Shown: positions 27,932 to 37,280 of the stretch, piece after piece | How the letters are laid out: every line of letters starts with the position of its first letter | Position numbering within the stretch: the stretch's first letter is position 1 | Source: an uncultured bacterium | GTDB lineage: Bacteria > Patescibacteriota > JABMPQ01 > CAVVCK01 | DNA length: 64,000 nt | Direction of reading: 5' to 3' | Assembly (NCBI GenBank): GCA_963746775.1 | Contig: CAVVCK010000001.1 | Coordinates: forward strand, 275,050-339,049 | Program-made: the position numbers and the translations under genes | Notes under the pieces: model-generated | Databases searched by the model: none | Told to the model about the DNA's origin: nothing | Seen by the model: only the letters and a program-made list of their open reading frames with translations

Positions 27932-28660
27932 TTAAAAATTATATTTCCTTATATCTGCCAAACCATTTCTAATCTCACAAATTATATCTTTCTTTTCAAT
28001 AACTATTTCCCATCCTTTTTCTTTAGCAATTTTAACTAAATTACCATTAGGATTAAAAGCAATCGGTCTCTCTACTTTATTTAGAAAGTCACTATCGTAT
28101 TCGGTATCACCTATACCTACCGAACCTTCCAAATCTATCTTATTTTCTTTTAAAAATTTAATAAATATTTTTTCTTTTTCTCGAGCTCCATTAAGTAATA
28201 TCTCGCCTGTATATCTGCCCTGATCATTAATTTCAAATATTGTTCCAATGATTTTATCAAATTTTAAATATTTGTTATATTCATCTACAACTTCAGTAGG
28301 AGAACCAGAAATAGATAATAAATAATGTGTTTCTCTTAATTCTTCTAATAAATTACGGGCATAAACATATCTTCGGTCTCGAAAATATTCTATCACTTTT
28401 TTACCTGAAGTTATCACATCTTTCTGCCTGCAACCTCTAATCATTTCTTTAAAGACATCCACTACCTTATCTATGTAAAGCTGATAAGAACATTTTCTAT
28501 TTACCCAGCCGTGATATTCTCTTTCTACCCTTTTTCCAGCCTCCTTGGGAAATATGCCGTTATAAACTAATTCTTTCATTAATTCAACCATTAAGCTGCG
28601 ACGAAATACTGTACCGTCGATATCAAAGATAGCTAATTTTTTTTTATTTAATTGATCCAT
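27932..28660 (-). CDS. HAD-IB family hydrolase (SerB-like)
   Basis: FDIDGT, ISGS, K, GDTEYD, NP. Confidence 0.9.
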   Translation of the reverse strand: MDQLNKKKLAIFDIDGTVFRRSLMVELMKELVYNGIFPKEAGKRVEREYHGWVNRKCSYQLYIDKVVDVFKEMIRGCRQKDVITSGKKVIEYFRDRRYVYARNLLEELRETHYLLSISGSPTEVVDEYNKYLKFDKIIGTIFEINDQGRYTGEILLNGAREKEKIFIKFLKENKIDLEGSVGIGDTEYDSDFLNKVERPIAFNPNGNLVKIAKEKGWEIVIEKKDIICEIRNGLADIRKYNF

Positions 28661-28695
28661 AATAATTTATTCTCTTTGCTATCTTGTTATTTTAC

Positions 28696-29037
28696 TCAAA
28701 GTCTTATTTCTTCAAAACTAACTTTTTTGTTTTTAATTAATTTTCTTATCTTCTTCTGCTTAACAGACAACTGTGAATCTGCTGTTTTAAACTCTACTAA
28801 TACTATTTTTTCCTCATCAAACTGTACACCGTCAATAGGGCTGCCTAAAAATCTAAAATTTTGAGAATCATATGGGTATTCTTCCAAAAATGGTAAAAAT
28901 TGTTCAGTCATTTTACCATATTTAGAAGAAAGGCTCCTTTTTTGAAATTTTAAATCAGCTAATTTGCGGCGTGTACGAAAATACAACCAAGCAAACACCA
29001 GTACTAAAAATACTAAAATTAATATTATTTTCCACAT
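28696..29037 (-). CDS. Membrane-anchored archaeal-type Holliday junction resolvase-like endonuclease
   Basis: TM helix, G...EQF.PF, FRFLGSPIDG..F, IVLVEFKT..SQLS..Q. Confidence 0.8.
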   Translation of the reverse strand: MWKIILILVFLVLVFAWLYFRTRRKLADLKFQKRSLSSKYGKMTEQFLPFLEEYPYDSQNFRFLGSPIDGVQFDEEKIVLVEFKTADSQLSVKQKKIRKLIKNKKVSFEEIRL

Positions 29038-29100
29038 TTATTTATTTTTATATTATATCATATTAGCCGCAGATCATAAAGACCTGTTATTTTTTATAAT

Positions 29101-29149
29101 ACATATATACGTACGTATATATGTGCGTATACTCTAACGTATATACGTT
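29101..29149. repeat. Perfect palindromes with CGTATATACG/TACGTA cores
   Basis: ACATATATACGTACGTATATATGT (24 bp) and AACGTATATACGTT (14 bp). Confidence 0.75.
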
Positions 29150-29164
29150 GATATAATTTATGTT

Positions 29165-29596
29165 TTATTTTTTCAAAATTTCTAAAACATTTTTTAGAAT
29201 ATTATCCACATCAGCATAATACGATACTTCTATAGCTTGCTCTATATTTACCCATTGAACAGCCTGCACACCATCTTCTTGCTGCGGTACTATTTCAGCC
29301 TTCGGATTAATAAGCTTCATCAAATAAAAATGGACTATTTTATAAATCTCATTTCCTTCTTTATTTTTAAATTTATAATTAATATCTCCTAAATATTTTT
29401 TAATTCTCAGATCCTTAATTTTTAAACCAGTCTCTTCACTTACTTCCCTGGCAGCTGCTCCTATTTTAGTTTCTTTTTCGTCAATATGCCCTTTGGGAAA
29501 AGCCCACTGTCCATAAGAATCTTTAATAAACAAAATCATAATACCTTTATTAGTTTTTTTATAAACTATTCCTCCTGAACAATATTCTTCTTTCAT
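29165..29596 (-). CDS. NUDIX hydrolase
   Basis: WAFPKGHIDEKET...AAREVSEETGL Nudix box. Confidence 0.93.
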   Translation of the reverse strand: MKEEYCSGGIVYKKTNKGIMILFIKDSYGQWAFPKGHIDEKETKIGAAAREVSEETGLKIKDLRIKKYLGDINYKFKNKEGNEIYKIVHFYLMKLINPKAEIVPQQEDGVQAVQWVNIEQAIEVSYYADVDNILKNVLEILKK

Positions 29597-29653
29597 TTTT
29601 TTATTTTAATAATTTAAAATTACACCTTTATATTACACGAAAAAATAAAAACA

Positions 29654-30826
29654 CTATACTACTATTTTCTCAATTCCCTCCACAGCCTCTTTTATTATTT
29701 TTTCAATGTCTAATTTCTCCTCCTCGCTTAAAACATCCTTTAATTTCGCTCTTGTCTCCGGATGTTTGGGCACAAAAAGAGAACAACAATCTTCATAGGG
29801 CGCACTGGATATTTCAAAAGTTCCTATTCTTCTAGCTTCATTAATAATATCTTCTTTATCCGTTCCGATTAAAGGCCGTAGGATAGGTAGCTCAGCCGCC
29901 TCATTAATAGCTTGAATATTTTCCAAGGTTTGTGAGGCAACCTGACCAAGGCTCTCTCCTGTTAATAGCGCTTTGGCATTTTCACGCTTAGCTATCAATT
30001 CTGCCATTTTAATCATTAATCTTCTATATAAAATTATTTTTAAAGTCGGATTGCACTTTAAATGAATTTCTTTTTGAATATTTAAGAATGGTATTAAATA
30101 TAGAGTCGACTTGAATTGATATTGATTGAGAATTTTAACAATTTTTTTAACATTATTTAATGACGCCTTGTTTGTCTGCGGATAGCTATGAAAATGTACA
30201 AATATAACTTTGGCTCCTCTTTTCATTATTTGATACGAAGCTATTGGAGAATCAAATCCAGATGATATTAAAGAAATAACTTTACCAGAAATTCCAGCAG
30301 GAAATCCGCCTGGTCCTTTTATTTTTTCAGAATAAATATAGGCTTTGTTTTTTTCTAAAATATCAATCTGCAAAGTATATTCTTGCTCTCTCATTTTAAC
30401 TTTTAAATCCGGAATATTATTAAGTATATATTCCCCTATCTGCCTATTTACTTGCTGTGAATCTAGGCTATAAGCTTTGTCAGATCTTCTAGTTTTGATT
30501 TTAAATGTTTTAAAAAAATTTTCTGCATGTTCTTTCTTAAAAATTCTTAAAGATTCTTCTTTCAAATTTTCCCATTCTGAATTTACTTCCAAAGCTTCAA
30601 AAAAATAAGCAATGCCAAATACCAGTAATAATTTAGATTTAATTTTTTCTATATCAGATTTATTATTTAATTTAATTAATATTCTACCCCACAGTCGCTC
30701 AATTTGATCATACTCTAAGTTTCTAATAGCCACCTTAATATTATCACAAAGTTTTTCTTCAAAATATCTTCTATTACCACCCTTTAGAGCTATTTCATGA
30801 TAGTGGATTATTATATAGTTATTCAC
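29654..30826 (-). CDS. thiI: tRNA 4-thiouridine synthase ThiI (no rhodanese domain)
   Basis: EIALKG.NR, THUMP domain, SSGFDS, TGESLGQVASQT, RPLIG.DK, DCC. Confidence 0.95.
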   Translation of the reverse strand: MNNYIIIHYHEIALKGGNRRYFEEKLCDNIKVAIRNLEYDQIERLWGRILIKLNNKSDIEKIKSKLLLVFGIAYFFEALEVNSEWENLKEESLRIFKKEHAENFFKTFKIKTRRSDKAYSLDSQQVNRQIGEYILNNIPDLKVKMREQEYTLQIDILEKNKAYIYSEKIKGPGGFPAGISGKVISLISSGFDSPIASYQIMKRGAKVIFVHFHSYPQTNKASLNNVKKIVKILNQYQFKSTLYLIPFLNIQKEIHLKCNPTLKIILYRRLMIKMAELIAKRENAKALLTGESLGQVASQTLENIQAINEAAELPILRPLIGTDKEDIINEARRIGTFEISSAPYEDCCSLFVPKHPETRAKLKDVLSEEEKLDIEKIIKEAVEGIEKIVV

Positions 30827-30895
30827 AGCTTTTAGTTTTAAATTACTTTTAAATATAGTATAGTATACATAATAAAAAATAATAATCTACAAAAA

Positions 30896-31957
30896 ATGTC
30901 AAAAACAAAAATTTTTGGAGTTGTACTATTTTCTTTAGTTTTGCTGTTTACTTTCTCTTTAGCCCAAGCTGCAACCGATGCCGAAGAATTACAGCCAGCA
31001 GCACCTGGAGAGGCTACTAAAATTGGTGATTTAGGCCATTATTTTGATGAGTATTCCAGTTATTTACAATTAGATACGGCTCTTCATTCTAGTGAAACTA
31101 TGCATTTGCCTGACGTTCATATTGGCGGACAAGGAGTGGGTGGTGTTACCTTTTTTAATGGTACTATCGTTAATGAAACTACAGATCCAGAGACAGGAGC
31201 AGACCAACCGGTAACTTTTGGTGATAAGGTAAGAATTGATGACTACATTTACCGTAATGATCCTGGCGCAGTTGATAAAATGCCTGTTCTAATCGGCGAT
31301 GGTCTATCTCCTGCTCTAGACGCTGCTAATTCATTGGGTGAAGCAGAAAGAAGATGGCAATATTTATATGTCTCGGATAATATTTATGGGGATGATTTAA
31401 TAAATGAAAATAATTTATCGGTAACTAACGATCCTACTGCTAATTACGTATTATCTTATGCTGGAGATAACAGATTTACCTGGACATCCAATACCTTAAA
31501 TGCTTTATCTTGTTTTAATGGACAAATAGTAGTCTATGACTCAGCGACTACTTCATGGGTATGTTCTGACCTGGGCGATGCTATAAGTGATGCTATAGAT
31601 GGAGGCGACACTATTATTTCATCCAGTTCAACAACTATAGAAACACATCACCATGATGGAAGTTCATCTACTACAATTAATGCCCATGTAGTTGATGGTA
31701 CCACAACTTTAATCCCGGTCTGTAATACCGGCACATATGTGGCAGCTAACTCTATTACAATAAATTTAGAAAGCGGTGAGGCATTTTCTGATACAAATTA
31801 TACTGTTACCGCAACATACGAAACAGCAACAACACCAACAGCAGCTATGCAAAGTAGAAGTCCTATTATTGTAGATAAAATAAGTGGCAGCAGGTTCATA
31901 ATCTATACTTGCCTAGGAGATGCATCTTACGTGAATTGGCATGCCTTCGGTGATTAA
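30896..31957 (+). CDS. Secreted protein with phage tail-fibre-like segments, function unknown
   Basis: Signal peptide (AQA); P..DA.NSLG...RRW..LY; YVLSY....FTW; C-terminal VNWHAFG. Confidence 0.7.
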   Translation: MSKTKIFGVVLFSLVLLFTFSLAQAATDAEELQPAAPGEATKIGDLGHYFDEYSSYLQLDTALHSSETMHLPDVHIGGQGVGGVTFFNGTIVNETTDPETGADQPVTFGDKVRIDDYIYRNDPGAVDKMPVLIGDGLSPALDAANSLGEAERRWQYLYVSDNIYGDDLINENNLSVTNDPTANYVLSYAGDNRFTWTSNTLNALSCFNGQIVVYDSATTSWVCSDLGDAISDAIDGGDTIISSSSTTIETHHHDGSSSTTINAHVVDGTTTLIPVCNTGTYVAANSITINLESGEAFSDTNYTVTATYETATTPTAAMQSRSPIIVDKISGSRFIIYTCLGDASYVNWHAFGD

Positions 31958-31982
31958 TCTCTCAATTATCAATATAAGAAAT

Positions 31983-32008
31983 AGGGCTTCAACAAGCCCT
32001 GTTTTTTT
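31983..32008 (+). terminator. Rho-independent terminator
   Basis: AGGGCTT-CAAC-AAGCCCT followed by a T tract. Confidence 0.75.
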
Positions 32009-32182
32009 ATTGTAAAATCTATTTATCCCCTCGCCTTTTTGCTAAAAATATGTTATAATTGCTATGGAAGTTAAATTGGTAATATTCTTACAATTTTTTT
32101 TTGAATAATTAGTGAAAATATTACAACTTGACAATTAACTAATTTGTGATATATTAAATTATAAATAAATAACTATAAAAAT

Positions 32183-33922
32183 ATGGCAACAGCAGAAAAT
32201 TTACCTGGACAAGATCCTAGAGAAAAAGCTGCTCAAGAATTCGCAAAACAACAAAAAAAACAAAGATCGGAACAAGAAGCTATGAGAGAAGCAGCTGATA
32301 AATCTGGCATAAAATACGAGGAGACAGAAGGTGGATATGCTGTATCAGGTGGTACAGCTAGAAAAGAAAAGCCTGCTTTAAAAGTAATAGAGGGGGGTAA
32401 AGAAGAAAAACCAACACTAATGATAAGTAGCGAAAAAGAAAGGCAAGAAATGTTTGATGAATTAACAAAATCTTTTTCAGAAGGAAAAATAGACCTTGAT
32501 CAGTTTACAGGAAAATATAATGATATATACCAAGCTGAAGTGGAAGAAACATTAGTAGAAGTAACACAAGTTACCCCCGATCAATATATAGATCTTCAAG
32601 ACACAATAAAAAAACAGTTTAAAGATCCTAAAGAACAAGCTGAAAAATTAGCTCTTTTAGATGAAACAACCGAACTTGTGGTAGATGAAAAGGCAGAAGA
32701 AGAAAAAAGAGAAGGCTACGATTTAAAAGACTTAGTCGAATTATCTGATCAAAAGAATAAACAAGAAGCTCAGGCTACTTCTGGTGCTTTAAAAAACGCA
32801 ACTGAACTTCTTGAGAGAGGTATCTTGTCTGCCGACGAAACAAGAGATATAGTCACCGATGCTTTTATATTAAAGGCAAGTAAAAATCTAAAAGAGGGAA
32901 AAATGGAATTATATGCAGCTATAGGACTTTCTAATATGATCGAAGGAGACACAGAAAAATTACAAAAAGCTGTCAATGCCAGAAAAGCTGAATTGACAAA
33001 ACAAGCTAGAGTAGAAATGGATAAAGGAATAGATGCAGCTTATGATAGAGGTGATTTATCATTTTCTAGCGAAGAATTCGAAGAAAGTCAAAGAGCTTAT
33101 AAAGATCAAGCCAGAAAAATTCAAGATGAACTTGGCATTAACATTAAAAATCCTAGCTTTTCTGACCGCTTTAAAATACAAGTTATGAAACTACAGCCTG
33201 CAAAACGAAAAGCTTATTTTGATCCATTAGAAAGCTTTCGTACTGAATATCAATCAAAAGTAAATCAAGTTACTGAAAAAGCACCCCAATCTTTATCAAG
33301 CAAACCCCTAGCAGAATTACAAAGAGCAGGAATGGTTTCTGCTGCTAAAATACCAGAAAAAACCTTATCACCTGAAGAAAAATTAGAAAGAGACTTAGAG
33401 TCAGGAGAAATTTCTCTAAACGAATATCTTAAAATTACTAATGCAGCAGATAAGGTAAGAGAGGGGTTAGAAGAAAAACACAGAAAAAACTTAGCAGACA
33501 TAGAAATACTTAAGAATACTCCTTTGATAATGAAAAGTATTGATGAAATGAAAAAAGAAGGAATAATAGACGTATCTAGTACTGACTACCAAAAAGCTGT
33601 TCATGATCTTTATACTAGTAAGCAATGGCTAGAAACAAATGCCAATTATGATCCTAATAAAGGGTTCTTTGCCAATTGGGCCAGAGCCAGAGAAGCTCAA
33701 ATCGACATGAGTCAGTATAAAAAATATCGCAAACAATACCTAGAAGCTGAAAAAAGATTCCACGAATTGAATTCAATTTTAGAAAAAGCCAATTTCTGGG
33801 GTGAGGCAGAAATAATCGAAGCTATTGCGCCAGCAGCAACAGAACCGCAAGGTCAAGAAGCTCCTACTCCATTTACAACTAACAAATCTGCGCCTGATAC
33901 AACAAAAAGAACTAATGCGTAA
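32183..33922 (+). CDS. Highly charged alpha-helical hypothetical protein
   Basis: 579-aa ORF, E/K-rich, no recognisable motif, signal peptide or TM; TTGACA upstream at 32128. Confidence 0.8.
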   Translation: MATAENLPGQDPREKAAQEFAKQQKKQRSEQEAMREAADKSGIKYEETEGGYAVSGGTARKEKPALKVIEGGKEEKPTLMISSEKERQEMFDELTKSFSEGKIDLDQFTGKYNDIYQAEVEETLVEVTQVTPDQYIDLQDTIKKQFKDPKEQAEKLALLDETTELVVDEKAEEEKREGYDLKDLVELSDQKNKQEAQATSGALKNATELLERGILSADETRDIVTDAFILKASKNLKEGKMELYAAIGLSNMIEGDTEKLQKAVNARKAELTKQARVEMDKGIDAAYDRGDLSFSSEEFEESQRAYKDQARKIQDELGINIKNPSFSDRFKIQVMKLQPAKRKAYFDPLESFRTEYQSKVNQVTEKAPQSLSSKPLAELQRAGMVSAAKIPEKTLSPEEKLERDLESGEISLNEYLKITNAADKVREGLEEKHRKNLADIEILKNTPLIMKSIDEMKKEGIIDVSSTDYQKAVHDLYTSKQWLETNANYDPNKGFFANWARAREAQIDMSQYKKYRKQYLEAEKRFHELNSILEKANFWGEAEIIEAIAPAATEPQGQEAPTPFTTNKSAPDTTKRTNA

Positions 33923-33951
33923 AATATAATACTTATTTAAGTAAAATATAA

Positions 33952-33985
33952 AAAAACAAGCCTTTAAAACTATGGCTTGTTTTTT
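33952..33985. terminator. Bidirectional terminator
   Basis: AAAAACAAGCC...GGCTTGTTTTTT between convergent genes. Confidence 0.7.
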
Positions 33986-34006
33986 AATGCGAGATACTTA
34001 ATATTC

Positions 34007-34324
34007 TTACTTCTCTTTAGATTTTTCAGAAGGAGGAGTTAATTCCTCTCCTTGCGGAGAAGGAACTCCAAGCTCCTCTGGTGTCGTGCCTTCCCCCCTT
34101 TTTTTAGATCCAGTAAGACTCCTACCAGTTCTAGCTTCTTCTTCTACAATTGAGCTTTCTGTATCTGCTATCGCCTTACATATAGTACAATCTCTATAAA
34201 ATCTACCATGCGGACATTTTTTCATAACCTCTCTAGGTGTCTTTGGCTTGTTGCAAACAGGACACGAACCTCTTTCATTGCCATGATCGCACATATCAAT
34301 ATCAGTACTTAATTCCTCTCTCAT
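34007..34324 (-). CDS. Small protein with two C-x-H-G-x5-C-x2-C putative zinc-finger repeats
   Basis: CDHGNERGSCPVC and CPHGRFYRDCTIC. Confidence 0.75.
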   Translation of the reverse strand: MREELSTDIDMCDHGNERGSCPVCNKPKTPREVMKKCPHGRFYRDCTICKAIADTESSIVEEEARTGRSLTGSKKRGEGTTPEELGVPSPQGEELTPPSEKSKEK

Positions 34325-34358
34325 TTTTTTATTAGTTAATTAATAAATAAATTTATAT

Positions 34359-36176
34359 TTATGCCGCTCTATCTAGATCTAGCCCTTTATCTTTTGGTAA
34401 TTCTTTCAATTGAGCTCTTAATCTTGATATTTTTGATACTAAATCAGATTTTTCTGCTTGATCCTCGGAAGCCTCATGTTGTAATCTTAAATAATGTATA
34501 GTCTCCTCGGTTAACAGATTATAGCGTTGAATATATCTTGGGTCGGGATTTTCTTCTAAATTTTTTCTTGCCTTACTAACATAATCAAGTCTTTCTGGTA
34601 CTAAACCAAGAGATACTATTTCATTTCTATTGGCAATTTTGCTTACCAGCTGTGTTCTCTTTTCTTTAGAAAGAGAATCGACAATTTTTCTAGCCCTTTC
34701 TCTAAGCTTAATACTTTCGGCTGAATCTTGATTCTTCGATATTGCTAAATAAATTTGTGTCAACCTTTCTTCTTCCAATCCTAAACCTATTATTTCTTCA
34801 TCAGACATACTATCTACTATATTCTTTCTTTCCTTTAATAGAGAATTTAACACTATTTCTCTATTTTTTGCTGACAATTTTTTAGCCTCTTCTATTTTTC
34901 CTGCAAGTTCTTTATAGTTTTTTATTAATGGACTCTTTTCTACAACTTCTATCAACTCGTCAGTATCTAACTCTTCTGGAGCTTCTACCTCACTTAAATC
35001 AATATCAATTGGTGTATCTTCTTCTTTGGCTAATTTTCCCAACTCTGCTAAAGCGTTATCAGCCTCATCTCCTACTCTTGCTGTGGTAATTGTAATATCA
35101 TCATCATGCGCACCTTCTTCCTTAACCCTTCTTTTTATTTCATCCACTACATCCTTAACACCACCCTTAGAATATAAATCTACCAGCTCTTCCTCCGTCA
35201 AAACATCTATTCCATCCGAAGCTAACATATAAACATCACCGGGTTTTGTCTCTATGTGACCAGCTTTGGCCATAAATTTTCCCTCTTGCACAGGATTTCC
35301 CAAAGCTTGCGTCATAAGTGCTCCTAATTTTTCTAATTTTTGTTTGTTTAGATCAAAATTTTTTGCTTCTTCTCCACTTAAACCCTGAGATTTTATTAAA
35401 CTTCCCTTCAAATGCTCAATAGCTGCAGGTTGTCTTTTAAAGAATTCTTGCAACCCCCCGCATTCACCAATAGTCTTATCAAGAATTCTACCTTTAGCAT
35501 CATAAACATCCTTCCTTTTTATCCATTTCAAATTAGCCATTTCATACAATAAATTATCCTCATCCAAAAGTTTTTCTAATTTTCCATCTCTAATTAAATA
35601 AACATGGCTATCGCCAATACCGGCAAAAGCAAAGTGTTTTTCATCTTCTGTGAAAGTACCAACTACAGCTGTAGATTTCATTTTTCCCCTTTCGGTATTT
35701 CTTCCAGCATCACTCAATATTGCTTTGTTTGCTTGACCTAGAGCTGCAACCAATTCATTTTTTAAATTATCCGGGTCTTTAAAATCTCCTTTTTCTAATT
35801 TTAAAAAATGCATAGCTACTGTATCTGCTGCCAAGCTGCTAGCTACATCACCACCTGCATCAGAGCCAACACCATCAAAAGCACCTATCAATCCAATATT
35901 CTCTATATTCAAAGCTTTGTCTTGATTAGGATGTCTTTCTGAAGAAGTGCTAATTTGCTCTGTGCTAACCTCCCTGTGAAGATATTCTGCCGCCCTGATT
36001 CTATCATCTTTTTCACGAACAACGCCTTCTTTTCTCCTGACACCAGTATCTTCTTTATCAGTATAGGGAGGATATTCTTCTCCCTCTACTTCAATAATTT
36101 CTTCAACTTGGTCAGTTAAATCTTCTATCTCTTCTTTGGCAGCTTTTTCTCCAGCTGCAAAATTTCTTTCCCCCAT
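34359..36176 (-). CDS. PP2C/PPM-family Ser/Thr protein phosphatase with acidic N-terminus and long helical C-terminal extension
   Basis: R..NQD, FDGVG....G.VAS, M.ST, IGDS..YL.R, TQALG, LASDG, HDDDIT. Confidence 0.88.
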   Translation of the reverse strand: MGERNFAAGEKAAKEEIEDLTDQVEEIIEVEGEEYPPYTDKEDTGVRRKEGVVREKDDRIRAAEYLHREVSTEQISTSSERHPNQDKALNIENIGLIGAFDGVGSDAGGDVASSLAADTVAMHFLKLEKGDFKDPDNLKNELVAALGQANKAILSDAGRNTERGKMKSTAVVGTFTEDEKHFAFAGIGDSHVYLIRDGKLEKLLDEDNLLYEMANLKWIKRKDVYDAKGRILDKTIGECGGLQEFFKRQPAAIEHLKGSLIKSQGLSGEEAKNFDLNKQKLEKLGALMTQALGNPVQEGKFMAKAGHIETKPGDVYMLASDGIDVLTEEELVDLYSKGGVKDVVDEIKRRVKEEGAHDDDITITTARVGDEADNALAELGKLAKEEDTPIDIDLSEVEAPEELDTDELIEVVEKSPLIKNYKELAGKIEEAKKLSAKNREIVLNSLLKERKNIVDSMSDEEIIGLGLEEERLTQIYLAISKNQDSAESIKLRERARKIVDSLSKEKRTQLVSKIANRNEIVSLGLVPERLDYVSKARKNLEENPDPRYIQRYNLLTEETIHYLRLQHEASEDQAEKSDLVSKISRLRAQLKELPKDKGLDLDRAA

Positions 36177-36212
36177 ATTTTTTTATTATTTATTATAAAA
36201 TTAAATTATAAA

Positions 36213-36620
36213 TTAAGCTGCCTCCCTATAATCTTCTCTACCAATAATTTCTTCCCTTCTTTTTAATAATTCATTTCTTTTATTTCTAAAAGCATTAAAT
36301 TTTTCCTGATATTCTTCTTTAGTCATTCTTCCTGGACCAGATAGACCCTGCTCTTCTCTTATAGATCTTATACTAACATCATCTTCAAATTCCAGTCTTG
36401 CTTTTTCTAGTTTTTTAATTTCATCGTCAACAAGGGCTAGAGCTGCTTCTTTCTCCATATTTTCTAATTGCTTATCACTCATAGGATCCTCTCCTTCAAC
36501 TTCCTTAATTTCAGGAACTACCATATCAAACCTAGTAGCATCATCCTGAACTTCTTTGGGTCCTTCTATTTTATCGCTTTTAAATCCATATTGTTTAGAA
36601 ATTCCTCCTCCATCTCTCAT
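36213..36620 (-). CDS. Charged coiled-coil hypothetical protein
   Basis: 135-aa ORF co-oriented with the PP2C gene; reverse TTGACA at 36675-36680. Confidence 0.75.
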   Translation of the reverse strand: MRDGGGISKQYGFKSDKIEGPKEVQDDATRFDMVVPEIKEVEGEDPMSDKQLENMEKEAALALVDDEIKKLEKARLEFEDDVSIRSIREEQGLSGPGRMTKEEYQEKFNAFRNKRNELLKRREEIIGREDYREAA

Positions 36621-36681
36621 ACGTTTTTTTATTATATCATTTATGTATTACACTATATCATATTTATGACATATTGTCAAC

Positions 36682-37257
36682 CTATTTTTCCCTTATTTTA
36701 AGGTCATAGGACACCTCTTCAATCTTTCTCAAATTCCTCTTAGCCTGATCATATTTCCCTCTATGTTTACCCAACAAATCAAATTTAACCAATTCTCCTA
36801 CAACGCTTTGTACCGCTTCCTGATATTCTCCAATTTTGTTATTATCACCCTTTGTTACTGCTTGAACTGCTTTTCTAACAATTTCTCCAGTAAAATCACA
36901 TATACCCCCTATTAGGTCATTAAAATCAGCAGTAACACTTGATTTAAAATCAACTTGACCAGTTTTTAGAAATTCATAAAACATAGAAGCCTCGATAAAC
37001 TCTTCTAAACCTTCTTTATATGAACCTTCATTTTTTAATCTTTTTTCTTTCTCAAATAATTTTTCTAAATTTATAATTTTATTTTCCGTATCTTTTAATA
37101 TTTTCTCTGCTTCCTTTAGTTCGTCTCTATGCAATGCAAAAATAGCCTGTTTGGAATTTCTTAAAATATCACGCGAGTCAACAATGATTTGGTCACGAAA
37201 TTTAGTGTAATTTCTATAGGAAGTAAGTAGCTCGTTAAACAAAACTTTATTCAACAT
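36682..37257 (-). CDS. Translin/Trax (C3PO)-family protein
   Basis: RD.I...SRDI.R.SK.AIFALHR; LEEFIEA; DLIGGICDFTGEIVR; KYDQ....L.KIE. Confidence 0.88.
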   Translation of the reverse strand: MLNKVLFNELLTSYRNYTKFRDQIIVDSRDILRNSKQAIFALHRDELKEAEKILKDTENKIINLEKLFEKEKRLKNEGSYKEGLEEFIEASMFYEFLKTGQVDFKSSVTADFNDLIGGICDFTGEIVRKAVQAVTKGDNNKIGEYQEAVQSVVGELVKFDLLGKHRGKYDQAKRNLRKIEEVSYDLKIREK

Positions 37258-37280
37258 TTTATTTTATATTATAAATTATA

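Noticed and set aside
30896-37257. Prophage or integrative island
   Set aside because: No integrase, terminase, capsid genes or att-like boundaries are visible.
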